A stretch of DNA of 63,649 nucleotides, filler included, from Rhabdomonas costata (Eukaryota): NCBI GenBank assembly GCA_019059605.1. It is 27 parts of 27 records of this genome, joined end to end, with 100 filler letters (N's around TTAATTAATTAA, not from the genome) between each part and the next. Parts side by side here need not be neighbours in the genome. Positions count along the whole stretch, not along the records: positions 61,391 to 63,649 come from JAHMHO010004464.1; 26 more parts are not named here. One strand, 5' to 3'. The notes beneath the pieces are model-generated. The model ran no database searches, had not been told where the DNA came from, and saw only the letters and a program-made list of their open reading frames with translations. Below, one piece after another: positions 62,623 to 63,649 of the stretch. Positions within the stretch are counted from its first letter, which is position 1. Each line of letters starts with the position of its first letter. The translations under genes were made by a program, and so were the position numbers.

Positions 62623-63649
62623 GGTACCTGCTTGGTTCCGGGCCAACACCCATTGGAAACGTTCGCCTGACCTCAGACACCCCAGACACCCGAAAGGCGA
62701 CCCGTTCTCGACGCCGGGGTCGGTCGGATTTAGGGGGCATAGGACCCCACGCATCTCCAGCAGCCTGGGGTCGTGTGATCATCTAAAACGTTGTTGCCAA
62801 TGGAAACGGTTACCATTCCCACCTCCTTCCAGATTCCCGAGCATTGGGCTGCAACGTGGGCTTGTGCGGTAGGTCCTTGAATATATCTGGCTTCACCTGA
62901 AATAACCGAATATGTTGTCGCAACAACCGCCTTGGAAACCCCTGCAACGACTTATATAGCCCTGGACATTATTCACGACCCATAAACTTTGTCATGATAG
63001 TGCTAAACCGAGAACACTTTTCCACTCAATAACGACCTGGACGGTAAAAGAGACTTTTTCTGTAGTAATGCCATCCAATGCCAGGTAGAATGCGGGCAGT
63101 GTTTCTGAACTTGTCCGGATTTTGGAATCCTTTGGAACTTGGATATAAAAACATGCTTAATGGCGTGAAATCTGTGGCATCTACACAGCAATTCGCAGAG
63201 TTTCGTTTTCCTTCCTTTGTTTTCCTGACTTTGTCTTTGTTAGTCCCCCCCCCCTTTGTGTTTCGCATTATACTTCAAATTAAAATATGTTAGTCCTGAA
63301 ATAAAAGTGAGCATAGCGATATTTACCCAGGGGTGTGTTTTATAGGCAACAATACACTGACGCCTGAAGAGGGTAAAAGTGATCGAAGCGCCCTAACATC
63401 CTTTGCTATGATACTGGCTCTAGAGGTGCTCTGTAGTTTTGCATCGACAAGAAGAAGCTAAAGAGCGATATCGGAGGAGCGCGGGACCACTCCACCCTCC
63501 CTCCGGGACTCCTCCACCAGCGATGAGCTAGACAGGTCGCGACGACACGTGTGGAAGGCCGCAATTACTAACCGGAGGACTTGCTGGAGGGTGCTTCGCA
63601 CCGGAGGCAGGACATGCGGCAAGGAAAGTGGCAAAAACGCCCACCCAAC

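Overview
This window is not one locus. It is 27 unrelated contigs of about 2.26 kb joined by 100-nt N...TTAATTAATTAA...N linkers, so adjacency across linkers means nothing. The DNA is nuclear and eukaryotic with many short spliceosomal introns. The SKP1 sequence and the Venus-flytrap/Cache-type receptors point to Euglenozoa, and intron density argues against a trypanosomatid, so a euglenid (or diplonemid) is most likely; this is inference. Most contigs start with G/T-only and end with A/C-only bases, consistent with semi-random-primer whole-genome amplification. Reconstructable gene fragments: AlkB-family dioxygenase, GT34-like glycosyltransferase, lipin, TPT-family transporter, ER cyclophilin, CTL-like transporter, histidine kinase, CDP-DAG synthase, SKP1, expansin/DPBB protein, Cys-rich surface protein, periplasmic-binding-fold receptor, AMP-deaminase-like protein, Cache-like receptor, DNA2-like helicase, RPN2 and an XRRA1-like LRR protein. 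Mobile elements: DIRS-like RT, RTE-like LINE, Ty3/gypsy, two Merlin/IS1595-like transposases and an intronic fold-back element. I found no convincing complete novel system. The best leads are the non-standard 5' splice-site code (GT-N-Y plus recurrent G|GCAT donors), D-D-D Merlin transposases, an HxE AlkB, a degenerate AMP deaminase, exon-repeat proteins and a ~530-bp intronic fold-back.
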